Source: an uncultured Solibacteraceae bacterium
Lineage (GTDB): Bacteria; Acidobacteriota; Terriglobia; Bryobacterales; Bryobacteraceae
DNA length: 64,000 bases
Assembly: GCA_964464925.1 (NCBI GenBank)
Contig: CAYXLI010000028.1
Span: forward strand, 3,881 to 67,880
Direction: 5' to 3'
The stretch's first letter is position 1. Each line of letters starts with the position of its first letter. This document shows positions 26,232 through 35,945 of the stretch, piece after piece. The notes below the pieces were generated by a model. That model saw only the letters and a program-made list of their open reading frames with translations. It was not told the origin of the DNA and searched no databases. Both the position numbers and the translations under genes were made by a program.

Positions 26232-28338
26232 GCTCCAGTCGAACCTTTTCTCCCTGCCTTAAAGGCGTTCCGGCCGCCGGGGACTGATCGCGCACCAGAC
26301 CGCTGCCAACGATTTCAATCGGAACTCCGGACGAGGCCGATTGCTGAACCACCTGCCGTAATGTCTTGCCACGGAAGTTGGGCGTCTTCGGACCGGCGAC
26401 TACCACTTCGTTCTGAGTGACCGGCGGACCGATGAACTTCTCCTCCGTAGGAACCGCGGGCTCTGCCGCTGCTGCCGTGCGGGAGAGTGCGCCGACGCCT
26501 GCCAGGATCGTGGGAGGTTTCTCATCCTCGTCCTCATACGGGTTGCGGGCAACCAACTCGGGGCTGGCGACATCGTCGTCCGTGTCGTCGTCGATTTGAC
26601 TCTGCTTCTTCAAGCCTTCGGGACGATCCTTCGGGACATCGAGAATGCGCAGGGCCGCCTGAGCCACCTTTGAGAATACAGGGCCGGCTACCGTGCCGCC
26701 CCATTGCTTGGAGTCCGTGATGGTGACGGCAACGACGATGGCCGGGTTATTGACCGGCGCGAAGCCTACGAACGAGGCGTTGTAATGGTGCGTATAGACG
26801 TGGGCGACGGGGTCGTACATCTGCGCCGAGCCCGTCTTGCCGCCGACCGAGTAGCCGTCCACTGCGGCACGGGTTCCGGTGCCGCCCTTCTCGACAACGC
26901 GCTCCATCATGCGGCGCATTGTAATCGCGGTTTCGGGCTTAAGGACGCGAACGATCGGCTGATCGGGGTCCTGCGGGTCCGGAGTGTTGCCGGGGCGCTG
27001 CCGCTTCATCGTCAGGCGCGGATGCACCAGCATGCCGCCGTTCGCGATGACGGAAGCAGCCTGGGCGAGCTGCACGGAAGTGACCGTCACTTCGTGGCCC
27101 ATGGCGACAGAACCGATCGAGCTCGGGATCCAGCGCTCCAGACGCCACACGCGTCCGCCGGATTCGGACGGAAGGCCTATACCGGTGGGCTTGCCGAATC
27201 CAAATTTCTTGATGAATTCGTACATGCGCTCGTTGCCTACTTCGAGGCCAATCTTAATAGCGCCGATATTGCTCGACTTCTTCAGGACATCCGCCATGGT
27301 GAGCGTGCCATAAGGGTGCGCGTCATGGATGACGCGCTTGAAGAGAGTCATCGACCCGTTGCCGCAGAAGAACTGCGATTCCGGCTTCAGCCTGGTGGTT
27401 TCAAGCGCGGCGGAGAGCGTGATGATCTTGAAAACCGAGCCGGGCTCGAAGGGGGCGGACACAGCCAGGTTGAGGCGGGCCTTCTGGTCTTCCTTGTCCT
27501 TCAAGGGCTCGTTCGGATTGAACGTAGGGTAAGAAGCCATGGCGTAGACTTCGCCCGTGTTCGGGTTCATGACCACGACCGTGCCGGTTTTGCAGTGATT
27601 CTCAGTGACCGCAGCGGCGAGCTCCTTCTCCGCAACGTACTGGATGCGCGCGTCTATAGAAAGAGTGACGTTTTTGCCGGGCTGAGGGTCACCCATTACC
27701 TTGAGGTCCACGACGCGCTGCTTCACATCGGACGTGGTGCGGACATAGCCGGGCTTTCCCTGCAGATCCTTGTTCAGCGCGAGTTCGAGACCACCATTGC
27801 CCTTCTCTTCATGATCGACTGCGCCGATGACGTGTGAAGCGACCTGGCCGGACGGATAGAAGCGGCGGCTATCGGGCCGGAACTCAATCCAGTCGAGGCG
27901 GAAGTTGCGGAGCTTGGCGGACTCTTCGGGAGTGATCTTGCGCTTGATCCAGAGGAAACCCCGCCTGTTGTCGACAGCGGCCTTCATGCGATCGCGAAGG
28001 TCACGGGCGTCCATTGACAGAGTCTGGGCAAGCAGGTTGGCGGCGATGTCGATATCGGGGACGCGGAGCGGGTTGATGCAGACCGAATCCACCTGAACGC
28101 TCATGGCGAGCGGCTGGCCTGTGCGGTCGAACAGCGTGCCGCGGGGAGCCTGGATTTCGATCTCGCGTTCCTGCTGGGCCTGCGCCTGGCGGACGTAGTC
28201 GTCGTGATGGATAATCTGGAGATAAATGAGGCGTGCGAGGATCAGCACGCCCCAAAACAAACAGATACGCGCGAGAATTCTGATTCGTCTCAGGGTCAGG
28301 TCCGCGCGCGCGTCCAAGGATAGCTCCTGAAAAATCAA
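26221..28338 (-). CDS. ftsI: Division transpeptidase (class B PBP, FtsI-like) with C-terminal PASTA domain
   Basis: 705 aa. It has an N-terminal TM segment (ICLFWGVLILARLIYL), SVFK (SxxK), SSN and KTGS motifs, and the C-terminal PNFRGKTLRQVVQQSASSGVPIEIVGSGLVRDQSPAAGTPL. Confidence 0.9.
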   Translation of the reverse strand: MIFQELSLDARADLTLRRIRILARICLFWGVLILARLIYLQIIHHDDYVRQAQAQQEREIEIQAPRGTLFDRTGQPLAMSVQVDSVCINPLRVPDIDIAANLLAQTLSMDARDLRDRMKAAVDNRRGFLWIKRKITPEESAKLRNFRLDWIEFRPDSRRFYPSGQVASHVIGAVDHEEKGNGGLELALNKDLQGKPGYVRTTSDVKQRVVDLKVMGDPQPGKNVTLSIDARIQYVAEKELAAAVTENHCKTGTVVVMNPNTGEVYAMASYPTFNPNEPLKDKEDQKARLNLAVSAPFEPGSVFKIITLSAALETTRLKPESQFFCGNGSMTLFKRVIHDAHPYGTLTMADVLKKSSNIGAIKIGLEVGNERMYEFIKKFGFGKPTGIGLPSESGGRVWRLERWIPSSIGSVAMGHEVTVTSVQLAQAASVIANGGMLVHPRLTMKRQRPGNTPDPQDPDQPIVRVLKPETAITMRRMMERVVEKGGTGTRAAVDGYSVGGKTGSAQMYDPVAHVYTHHYNASFVGFAPVNNPAIVVAVTITDSKQWGGTVAGPVFSKVAQAALRILDVPKDRPEGLKKQSQIDDDTDDDVASPELVARNPYEDEDEKPPTILAGVGALSRTAAAAEPAVPTEEKFIGPPVTQNEVVVAGPKTPNFRGKTLRQVVQQSASSGVPIEIVGSGLVRDQSPAAGTPLRQGEKVRLELAR

Positions 28339-28536
28339 ACCCGGGAAGGGGTCAGCGGCTGCGCCACCGACCAGACACGAACGCGCAGACCGGGCGCGAG
28401 CAGTCCTTCGAGGACGAGCTCCCGCTGCGGCCGGCTGCTTGTAGCCGGTTCGGGGACAGCTTCAGCGCGGGGCCGGCGCTTGCGGCGATCATTGGCAATC
28501 GGTTCAACTAGCGCGATCATGGATTCCTCAGCGCGG

Positions 28537-29016
28537 TTAGCGCGCATTCATTGCGAACGAGCCTTCCTTCGACGGCAAGAAGATCGTGCGCTCCGGGGTA
28601 GGGTCGATGAACGACTGATCCTTCGCCAGCTTTTGAAGACGTTCGGGGCTGACGAGGCTGGCCTCCTGCATCTCGAGCGTGGCGCGCTCGGTGACGAGGC
28701 GCTGGTGCTCCTGCTGGAGTGCATTCAACTGGTAGCCGGCCATGAGGCCATAGGCGCTGGGGAGGAGGGCGCCAATAAGCCCGGCGGCCGAGAGGCATGC
28801 GGCGCCGAGGAATTTCCAGCTACGGGCACGGGCACGCGGATCGGCTTCCCGCACGACGCGCGTATTATCAATGCGCTTGACGAAGAAGTACACGTCTTCG
28901 TTCGGGAGCGCGCGCAACTTGTATTCGTCGCTCACAACACGCACCCGCTCAGGTGCTGCCGCAGCGATGGTTTCGGCGTCGGTGAATCGATTGAAGAGAT
29001 TAGCCAGCGTTGCCAT
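28537..29016 (-). CDS. ftsL: Cell division protein FtsL-like (bitopic, coiled coil)
   Basis: 159 aa. It occupies the rsmH-ftsI position, has a single TM segment (FLGAACLSAAGLIGALLPSAYGLM) and then a heptad-like LNALQQEHQRLVTERATLEMQEASL. Confidence 0.75.
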   Translation of the reverse strand: MATLANLFNRFTDAETIAAAAPERVRVVSDEYKLRALPNEDVYFFVKRIDNTRVVREADPRARARSWKFLGAACLSAAGLIGALLPSAYGLMAGYQLNALQQEHQRLVTERATLEMQEASLVSPERLQKLAKDQSFIDPTPERTIFLPSKEGSFAMNAR

Positions 29017-29059
29017 TTATTACCCCAAGAGCACTGTCAACTACAAACCCCGTCCACAG

Positions 29060-29920
29060 CTACCGCATCTCCAGCGCGCGCAATTTGGCGCTGCGCGAGG
29101 GCGGGTTCTGCTGCACTTCCCGCTCCGACGGACGAACCACGTGCTTCGTCAGAACGGAGGCGCGATCAAAGCGCGCCAGTTCCTGAAAACTCCGTTTGAC
29201 CTTGCGATCCTCGAGCGACATGAACGTAATCACCACGACGCGACCGCCAGGCTTGACCAGCTCGGGAAGAGAATCCAGAAGAGCGTCCAAGTGCTCCAAC
29301 TCGCGATTCACCGCGAGGCGCAGAGCCATGAACGTTTGAGTCGCAGGGTGAATAGGCCCCGTTCGCGGCACGGCCCGCTCGATCACTTCGGCTAAATGCG
29401 ATGTGCTCCGAATGGGCCGTGCGCGAACTATCGCTTTGGCTATTCTTCTGCTTCTCCTTTCTTCTCCGAGTTGGAATATCAAATCCGCGAGTTCCTTCTC
29501 CGCGGAATAGTTCACAATGTCGGCTGCCGTGGTCTCCTGCGTGCGATCCATTCGCATATCCACAGGACCTTCGGACAGGAACGAAAAGCCCCTCCCGGCC
29601 GATGTGAGCTGAACTCTCGAAACACCCAAATCCGCTAATAATCCGTCTACCGGCCCAACGCCGCGCGACCGGAGAGCTTCCGGCAAATCCGCGAACGCGG
29701 CGTGCACGAACTCGATCCGTTCGGCTACATCGGCCGTATTGGCCCGGGCAGTTTCCAGCGACTCGGCATCCCGATCGCACGAAATCACCTTGCCCGTTGT
29801 GAGCCGCCTGGCTATCGCCCCGGTGTGGCCGCCCAAGCCCGCAGTGCAGTCCAGATAAATCCCGTCCGGCCGAATGGCCAGATACTCGAGAGATTCGTCC
29901 AGTAGCACCGGGTAATGCAT
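29060..29920 (-). CDS. rsmH: 16S rRNA (cytosine1402-N4)-methyltransferase
   Basis: 286 aa. It reads HYPVLLDESLEYL...YLDCTAGLGGH...DRD...LADLGVS...GPVDMRMD. Confidence 0.95.
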   Translation of the reverse strand: MHYPVLLDESLEYLAIRPDGIYLDCTAGLGGHTGAIARRLTTGKVISCDRDAESLETARANTADVAERIEFVHAAFADLPEALRSRGVGPVDGLLADLGVSRVQLTSAGRGFSFLSEGPVDMRMDRTQETTAADIVNYSAEKELADLIFQLGEERRSRRIAKAIVRARPIRSTSHLAEVIERAVPRTGPIHPATQTFMALRLAVNRELEHLDALLDSLPELVKPGGRVVVITFMSLEDRKVKRSFQELARFDRASVLTKHVVRPSEREVQQNPPSRSAKLRALEMR

Positions 29921-29932
29921 ACATGGCGGCGC

Positions 29933-30382
29933 CTACAACCCCTTTTTCTTAAATGCGGAGAGCTTGTTTGCGCGATCCTCCCGCGCCCGCTGCTTCCGCT
30001 CCTCATAAACCGCTTCGTTGAAGACGTTCACGTAACCCTTGAACACCTCGACGTGGCAAGGCACGTTTTCCAGTCCCAGCGACCGCCGCAAAGATGGCGG
30101 CAAAACCATGCGCGCCTGACCATCGATCTGGCACAGGCCACCGAGATCCATCGCCGTGAACCAGAGGTCTTCGGCGGCGTCGGCTTCCTCTCCCGGCTCC
30201 TGCAGCAACTTTTCCGTTTTCTTCCATTCCGAAATCGGATAGATTCGAGCTATGCGCTCGTCAAACGAGGTCGCGAAAAAGTCCGTGTCGCCGGTGGATT
30301 CAAGCCATCGCTGGATATCGGCAGGGAGTTTCAACCTCCCCTTGTCGTCTGTCCGGCCGGTGTACAAGCCGAGCGGGGGCAC
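29933..30382 (-). CDS. mraZ: Transcriptional regulator MraZ
   Basis: Track ORF 29933..30481. It has duplicated SpoVT/AbrB-type halves (TDDKGRLKLPADIQ... and IDGQARMVLPPSLR...). The track start would place the four operator-like boxes (30409-30447) inside the CDS. The in-frame GTG at 30382 gives 149 aa, the usual size. TTG 30367 is an alternative. Confidence 0.85.
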   Translation of the reverse strand: MPPLGLYTGRTDDKGRLKLPADIQRWLESTGDTDFFATSFDERIARIYPISEWKKTEKLLQEPGEEADAAEDLWFTAMDLGGLCQIDGQARMVLPPSLRRSLGLENVPCHVEVFKGYVNVFNEAVYEERKQRAREDRANKLSAFKKKGL

Positions 30383-30408
30383 GGCGGGACCGGATTTGAC
30401 GGCGTCTT

Positions 30409-30447
30409 CCACTTTTAATCCACTTTGTGGCCACTTTCTGACCACTT
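30409..30447 (-). promoter_or_regulatory. Four direct AAGTGG repeats with exact 11-bp phasing (candidate MraZ operator)
   Basis: CCACTT occurs on the plus strand at 30409, 30420, 30431 and 30442. On the minus strand this reads GTCAAGTGG-TCAGAAAGTGG-CCACAAAGTGG-ATTAAAAGTGG, 27-65 nt upstream of the proposed mraZ start. Confidence 0.6.
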
Positions 30448-30585
30448 GACCGATCTTCACATAAGTACATAGTGAACGCAAGACCTTTTTTACGGGGAAG
30501 AGAAGGCGTAAGCATCTGAAAAGGCGAAGAAAAGGAGAAGCACGTCCACTTGGGGGGTCAGAGAGTTGGAGGAACGGGTTGTAAG

Positions 30586-31932
30586 CTATGGGCGGAGCTT
30601 GGATTCGGCTGCTTTTGCGTCGTCCGTTCGCCCGGCTGAGCGGAGGGAATCGGCATAGCTTTCGATCAGGGCGCGAAACAGATCCGGCGGAATTTTGCCG
30701 GAAGCATCGAGTAAGGGTTTCACGATCGGTTCAGCCTTCGCGAACTCGCCGTCTCCCAATAGCGTAAACGCTTTGAAAGCGAGAGCCTGCAGGCGGATTT
30801 TGTCACACATATCTTGCGGGGCGCATTGTTTGGCGGTGGCGACGGCCAAATCGAACTGCGTCAAGGCCTCATCGTGCTGGCGTTCATGGAGTAACTGTGA
30901 GCCCAGATCCAGGTGCGCCTGGGGCAGTTCCATGCTATTCGGCGGGAGTTGTTTGCTAACAAAATCCAGCACCTGACGGGTGGCCTCGAGCGCCTCCGCG
31001 CGCTTCCTGTTTTCAAAAAGCAGGTTGGCGAGTCCGCGCATGGCGCCGGCAACCCGCACATGATCGACCGGAGGCTCGGCCTGGCCCTGTGCAATGGCCG
31101 CACGCATGTTTGCTTCCGTACGCGGCAAAAGGCCGAATTGGGAATCCACGAAGGCGAAGCGCAGACGCGTGTCGAAGAACGCTGTACGGTCCTTCAGGGA
31201 GGTGAGAGCGGGCGCAGGGTGCGGATCGCCAGCCGGGAAGAGCGGGACGAGGGGAGGCGGAGCGGAGGCGCCCTTCGGCTTCGGGCCGAAGCGTCCGGCA
31301 GCATACATTTCGTTAATCTCGGGACGGATGACTGCGGCTTGGGCAGGCTGTGACGTTTCCTCGAGAAGCTTCAAGAACTGCTGCATGGCGGTGAGATAAA
31401 GGGCAGGCGGAAGGGACCCGGCGCGGCCGACGTCGTACGCCTGTCTGATAAGGGGTTCAGCGGATTTGTAGTCGCGCATTTCCAGAAAATACCGGCCACC
31501 GTTGACCACGTAGCGAATGGCGGTGTTGACGCAGGATTGCGGTCCCTGAGGTTTGTTGGCAGGAAACCCGCAGAGACGCGCCGCTTGCATGGTGGTGAGG
31601 GCCGCATCGAGAGCGTCCTCCCGGCGCCCTTCGGCGGTGTACAGCTCCGTAAGCGAGTCCAAAGCCGCGACTAACTCGGGATTGACCTCCTCGCTCGGGA
31701 ACATGCTGATGGCGTGCATGTAGGCGATCTCGGCATCATCGAGTTTCTTCTGCGCCCGGTCGGCATCTCCCTGGGCGAGCAGCGCCTTTGCGGCTGCGCG
31801 AGTGCCAGACAGTTCCTCCTTCCTCGGCGGAGGCGGAGCGGATTTCTTCTGGGCGAGAACGGTGAAATGCGGAACGAGGAAGAACACAAACAGTGCAATA
31901 CGTAGGCGTAGCAACGTGCCTCTTCCTGCCAT
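30586..31932 (-). CDS. Secreted TPR-repeat protein
   Basis: Track ORF 30586..31983. Starting at M18 gives the signal-like LLRLRIALFVFFLVPHFTVLAQ, followed by repeated A-x-x-Y / helical TPR-like units along the length. Confidence 0.75.
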   Translation of the reverse strand: MAGRGTLLRLRIALFVFFLVPHFTVLAQKKSAPPPPRKEELSGTRAAAKALLAQGDADRAQKKLDDAEIAYMHAISMFPSEEVNPELVAALDSLTELYTAEGRREDALDAALTTMQAARLCGFPANKPQGPQSCVNTAIRYVVNGGRYFLEMRDYKSAEPLIRQAYDVGRAGSLPPALYLTAMQQFLKLLEETSQPAQAAVIRPEINEMYAAGRFGPKPKGASAPPPLVPLFPAGDPHPAPALTSLKDRTAFFDTRLRFAFVDSQFGLLPRTEANMRAAIAQGQAEPPVDHVRVAGAMRGLANLLFENRKRAEALEATRQVLDFVSKQLPPNSMELPQAHLDLGSQLLHERQHDEALTQFDLAVATAKQCAPQDMCDKIRLQALAFKAFTLLGDGEFAKAEPIVKPLLDASGKIPPDLFRALIESYADSLRSAGRTDDAKAAESKLRP

Positions 31933-32063
31933 GGGGCTAGTTCCTATTAAAGCACTGTGCGGGGTGAAACACGGATGTCCCAAATCCGAACAGGTGACTG
32001 TTCGGCGGTCTCTTGCAAGATGAGTGAGTTAGGGGTGGAAGTGGAATTGCGGCTATTCCCCCC

Positions 32064-32651
32064 ATGCGGCGGGCAGCAGTTGTGGCACTGGCAATGGCCC
32101 TGGCGTTTTGGGCAGGAAGAATCGGAAGGACAGAGAAGATCCTACGAATCTACCGGCCAGGCGAGGAGGCCATTTCTTACTCGACTTACCGGTACCTGCG
32201 GGGACATACACAGACCCTTGCGAATCTCACCGGCTTTGCCGAAACCGTAGTACCGCTGGACGGATCGCGCGTAGTGGCGAGATTCGTGGCCGGCGACTAC
32301 TTCGGATTACTGGGCGAGAAAGCTCTTGCCGGGCGCACGCTGGCGACGAGCGATGAAGGAACAGAGCGGGCCGTGCTGAGCGAGTCGGTTTGGAAGACTC
32401 AATTCGGCGGCGCGCCGGAAGTGATAGGGCGGCACGTGCGCATCGGGGTGCGGTCGGTAGAGGTGGTCGGCGTCACCGCATCGGATGCCGCGGATGTGTG
32501 GATGCCGCTAAAGGAATCGGATGATCCTTCGATGGTTCTGTATGGCAAAACAAAAGCCGGTGTGCCGGCCTCAGCCGTTCAGGCTGAGCTGGCGGTTCTG
32601 CTGAAAAAGTTTGCCAAGGCGAGCGAATCAGTGCCAGTTACCGCGCTGTAG
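32064..32651 (+). CDS. MacB-like periplasmic core domain protein, truncated relative to full-length FtsX/ADOP permeases
   Basis: 195 aa. It has an N-terminal TM segment (AAVVALAMALAFWA), then ...LANLTGFAE...ARFVAGDYFGLLGEKALAGRTLATSDEG...AVLSESVWKTQFGGAPEVIGRHVRIGVRSVEVVGV, the MacB_PCD pattern. No FtsX 4-TM domain follows. Confidence 0.6.
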   Translation: MRRAAVVALAMALAFWAGRIGRTEKILRIYRPGEEAISYSTYRYLRGHTQTLANLTGFAETVVPLDGSRVVARFVAGDYFGLLGEKALAGRTLATSDEGTERAVLSESVWKTQFGGAPEVIGRHVRIGVRSVEVVGVTASDAADVWMPLKESDDPSMVLYGKTKAGVPASAVQAELAVLLKKFAKASESVPVTAL

Positions 32652-32708
32652 CGGGGTTCCAGCCCTGTGCAGCCCAGAGGCTGCACAGGTGGGACATCGC
32701 GCTCGATA

Positions 32709-35700
32709 TCAGAACAAGATTTTGAGCGCGAACTGAATCTGACGCGCAGGGTAGGTGCTGCGGATGGTACCGAAGGCCGCGCTGGAGCGGTCAGGATTCG
32801 CCGCGCGGAAGTTGGTGTGGTTCATCAGATTGAAGAATTCCGAACGGAACTGCGTGGTGACGCGCTCCGTGATCCGGAAATTCTTCTGAACGTTTGCATC
32901 GATCTGGAAAAGTCCGTGGCTGCGGGCGACGTTGCGGCCGGCGTTGCCAAAGGGGCCATTGGTGGGGACGACTACGTTCGCTTTGTTGAAGTAGTTGTCG
33001 ATGGTACGCTGATCGCCCGGAGCGAGCGGATCGCCAAGCAGGTTGGGGCGGTAGCTGGGCTGGCCGCGGAAATCCTGGCCGATGTTGGAGACCTGGAATC
33101 CGGCGGGAACCGAACTATAGAGCAGGTTGATCGGCTCACCGCTGACGGACGTGCTGATGCCGCTGACTTGCCATCCGCCTAAGAGAGCATCGACTCCGCG
33201 ATTCCAGTCTGAGCCGAAGCGACGGCCCTTGCCGAACGGAAGTTCATAGACGGCGCTGAGCGTGTTGTTGAACTTCTGGTCATAGGACGATGGGCCCTTT
33301 TCGGCCGCCATGTTGAAGAAGTTCTGCGGGCTGGGCCGGCCGCCATTGCCTTGATCTTCGAGCGATTGTGAGGCGTTGTCGAGAGCTTTCGACCAGGTGA
33401 AGGAGTTCAGCAGGCTGAGGCCGCCGGAGTAGCGCTTCTCCAATTTGAGTTGGAGAGCGTTGTAGTTGGCGAACGCTCCGGGCCAAGTGATAGTGATAGG
33501 TCCCCAGGCCTGATTGGGACGGCGCTGCTGTAGCGACGGTACACCGGGGCCGCTGCCAACCGCCGCGGGCGTGGCCTGGTTGTAATCGGCAAAGACGATC
33601 AAGTGAGTGCTCTTGTTGCCGACATAAGCGATATCAAACAGCACGTTATGGAAAATCTCCTTCTGGATGGAGAAGAACCAGTTCTGGACGTAGGCCGTAG
33701 GCGTGTTTTTCGGAATGTAAGAGATGTTCGCGAGGCGCTGGTCAAAGCCGGCGGGGTTAAGGAGGTTGTCCGGGTAGCCCTGCTGCGTGGTGCGGAAAGT
33801 GGACTGCGTGGGATCCTGCGTGACAGCGACGTTGATGGACTGCGGGAAGTTGATGGCCAGCAGGTTCCCGCCGCCCGCGCGATTGAAATGCGCGTAGCTG
33901 ATGCCATAGCCACCACGCACGACCCAAGTGGGAGTGAACGAGTAAGCGAAGCCGACGCGAGGCGCGAAATTATTCCGGTCCGGGTTCACGAGAGTGCGGT
34001 CATAGAGGCTGCCGCTTTTCGCCTGCAGCAATGTGTTTGTACCCGGATCGAAGTTGGTCAGCTTGTTGTCGCGTTCCCAATAGGGCGTAGCAAACTCATA
34101 GCGGACGCCAAGGTTGAGAGTGAGCTTATTGTTGACCTTGAAATCGTCCTGTACGTAGCCGAAGTGGAGGTAGTTGCGGAGGTTCGCAACAAAGAAGTTC
34201 GTCAGGGCGTAGGTTCTACGCAGACCAAACAGGAAGTCGGCGAGATTGTTCCCGCTAAAGGCTGCATTGTAGGAATCGAGACCATAGAGCGGATTTACGT
34301 CTTCGACTTCGGTATTGATCCACTGATACTCGTAACCCATCTTGAGAGAGTGACGGCCGAGGATCTTGGAGTAGACGATCTTCGGGTCATAGACGAACGG
34401 ATATTGCCACTGCGGGTTGGTAGCCTGGCGGCCGAACGCGGTGTAGCCGGCCACTGCCTGATTTGTGAGACCACCGGAGACGCGGGCATCCGTGGGCAGG
34501 CCTGGGATGCCGTAAGTCGCCAGCATGTTGGGACCGCCGAGGTCACGCGGTGACTTCCCTGCCTCGGTGCGGGAAATGCCCATGCGGAATTCCAGAAGGG
34601 AGCTGGGGCTGAGGGTCCAGGTGGTGCCAAAAGCGATTTCCTGATTCAGAATGCGGATGAAGCCGTTTCCGCCGCCACCGGACGGGCCGGGAATCTCCGG
34701 CTCCTGGAACAGGTTCGTCTTCCGCTGATCGATTCGCACAAACGCCGTGAGCTTGCTGGTGAGCTGCCCGTCCAGCTTGAGATCCATTTTGTCGGTGTGG
34801 TTGCGGTCGGTACGGATGCGCTGGTAGTTGTTCGCGGATTCGGGGTTGGTCGGCAGCGGCAGATCGCTAATGACCTTGCGCGCGAAGGGTTGCCAGTCGC
34901 TTTGCGGGATGGGCGTTCCAGCCGGATAGACTTTGCCCGTAAGCGGGTTGGTAATGGTGGTGGTGAAGATGCCCTGGCGCTGCGCCGCGGTGGGAAGAAC
35001 GGAGAAGGTGAGGAACTTGTTGTTCTCCCGGAAGCCTTCGTAGTTGGCGAAGAAGAAGGCACGGTCCTTTACGATGGGGCCGCCGAGTGTAGCGCCGAAC
35101 TGATTCCGCTGCAGTACGGGCTTGACGCCTCCAGCAGGTTTGAAGAAACCGATGGCGTTGAGATCCGTGTTGCGGAGGAACTCCCAGGCTGCGCCATGCA
35201 GTTGATTGGTACCGCTGCGCATGGACGCGTTGACCATCGCTCCGGAGGCCCGGCCGTATTCGGCGGACATATTGTTCGTAACGATGCGAAACTCGGTGAG
35301 TGCGTCGGGCGGGAGGTTGATCACCTGATTCGCGAATCCCTGGTTACTGGTGCCGTAGGAATTGTTGTCCACACCGTCGAGCAGGAAATTGTTGAAGACG
35401 GAGCGCTGGCCGTTCACATTGAAGGAGCCTTCCCGCGGCGGATTGGCGACAGCGTATGCGGAGCGGCGCACACCGGGCGAGAGCAGTGCGAGATCGGAAT
35501 AGTTCCGGCCGTTCAGCGGAAGCTCGACGATCTTCTTGGTTTCGATGACCTGGCCGCGCTCGCTCGAGTCTGCCTCGACGATGGAGACGTTCGCGCTGAC
35601 ACTGACGGATTCAGTGATCTGGCCGACCGTCATGATCAGATCGACACGCTGCCGGGCATTGACATTGACGGTAACGTTTTCTGCAGTCGCGTTGCTGAAG

Positions 35701-35945
35701 CCTGTCTTTTCGGCGACCAGTTTGTATCGCCCTACACGGACATTGACGAACTCATAATTGCCGTTCTCGTCCGTATCTTTCGTGCTGGTGAAGCCTGTAT
35801 CGGCATTGGTGAGTGTCACCCGTGCGCCAGTGACGACCGCATCGGAGCGATCCTTTACGGTACCCAGGACGGAAGCACTTTCGAACTGCGCGAAGCCGAC
35901 GGAGGCGCAGCACACCATGAAAAGGTAGACCAGTAGCGTTCTCAT
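32709..35945 (-). CDS. TonB-dependent outer-membrane receptor with N-terminal CarboxypepD_reg domain
   Basis: 1078 aa. It has a signal peptide, then GTVKDRSDAVVTGARVTLTNADTGFTSTKDTDENGNYEFVNVRVGRYKL, then plug motifs (ELPLNGRNY). The barrel ends ...QIQFALKILF with a terminal Phe. Confidence 0.9.
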   Translation of the reverse strand: MRTLLVYLFMVCCASVGFAQFESASVLGTVKDRSDAVVTGARVTLTNADTGFTSTKDTDENGNYEFVNVRVGRYKLVAEKTGFSNATAENVTVNVNARQRVDLIMTVGQITESVSVSANVSIVEADSSERGQVIETKKIVELPLNGRNYSDLALLSPGVRRSAYAVANPPREGSFNVNGQRSVFNNFLLDGVDNNSYGTSNQGFANQVINLPPDALTEFRIVTNNMSAEYGRASGAMVNASMRSGTNQLHGAAWEFLRNTDLNAIGFFKPAGGVKPVLQRNQFGATLGGPIVKDRAFFFANYEGFRENNKFLTFSVLPTAAQRQGIFTTTITNPLTGKVYPAGTPIPQSDWQPFARKVISDLPLPTNPESANNYQRIRTDRNHTDKMDLKLDGQLTSKLTAFVRIDQRKTNLFQEPEIPGPSGGGGNGFIRILNQEIAFGTTWTLSPSSLLEFRMGISRTEAGKSPRDLGGPNMLATYGIPGLPTDARVSGGLTNQAVAGYTAFGRQATNPQWQYPFVYDPKIVYSKILGRHSLKMGYEYQWINTEVEDVNPLYGLDSYNAAFSGNNLADFLFGLRRTYALTNFFVANLRNYLHFGYVQDDFKVNNKLTLNLGVRYEFATPYWERDNKLTNFDPGTNTLLQAKSGSLYDRTLVNPDRNNFAPRVGFAYSFTPTWVVRGGYGISYAHFNRAGGGNLLAINFPQSINVAVTQDPTQSTFRTTQQGYPDNLLNPAGFDQRLANISYIPKNTPTAYVQNWFFSIQKEIFHNVLFDIAYVGNKSTHLIVFADYNQATPAAVGSGPGVPSLQQRRPNQAWGPITITWPGAFANYNALQLKLEKRYSGGLSLLNSFTWSKALDNASQSLEDQGNGGRPSPQNFFNMAAEKGPSSYDQKFNNTLSAVYELPFGKGRRFGSDWNRGVDALLGGWQVSGISTSVSGEPINLLYSSVPAGFQVSNIGQDFRGQPSYRPNLLGDPLAPGDQRTIDNYFNKANVVVPTNGPFGNAGRNVARSHGLFQIDANVQKNFRITERVTTQFRSEFFNLMNHTNFRAANPDRSSAAFGTIRSTYPARQIQFALKILF

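Noticed and set aside
29166-29924. 252-aa alternative-frame ORF inside rsmH
   Set aside because: It is on the same strand as the canonical RsmH but in a different frame. It is Arg/Gly/Ser-rich with no motifs.
32667-35936. Plus-strand ORFs 32667..33182, 33603..34553 and 34797..35936
   Set aside because: All lie antisense within the 1078-aa TonB-dependent receptor gene and show no domain signatures.
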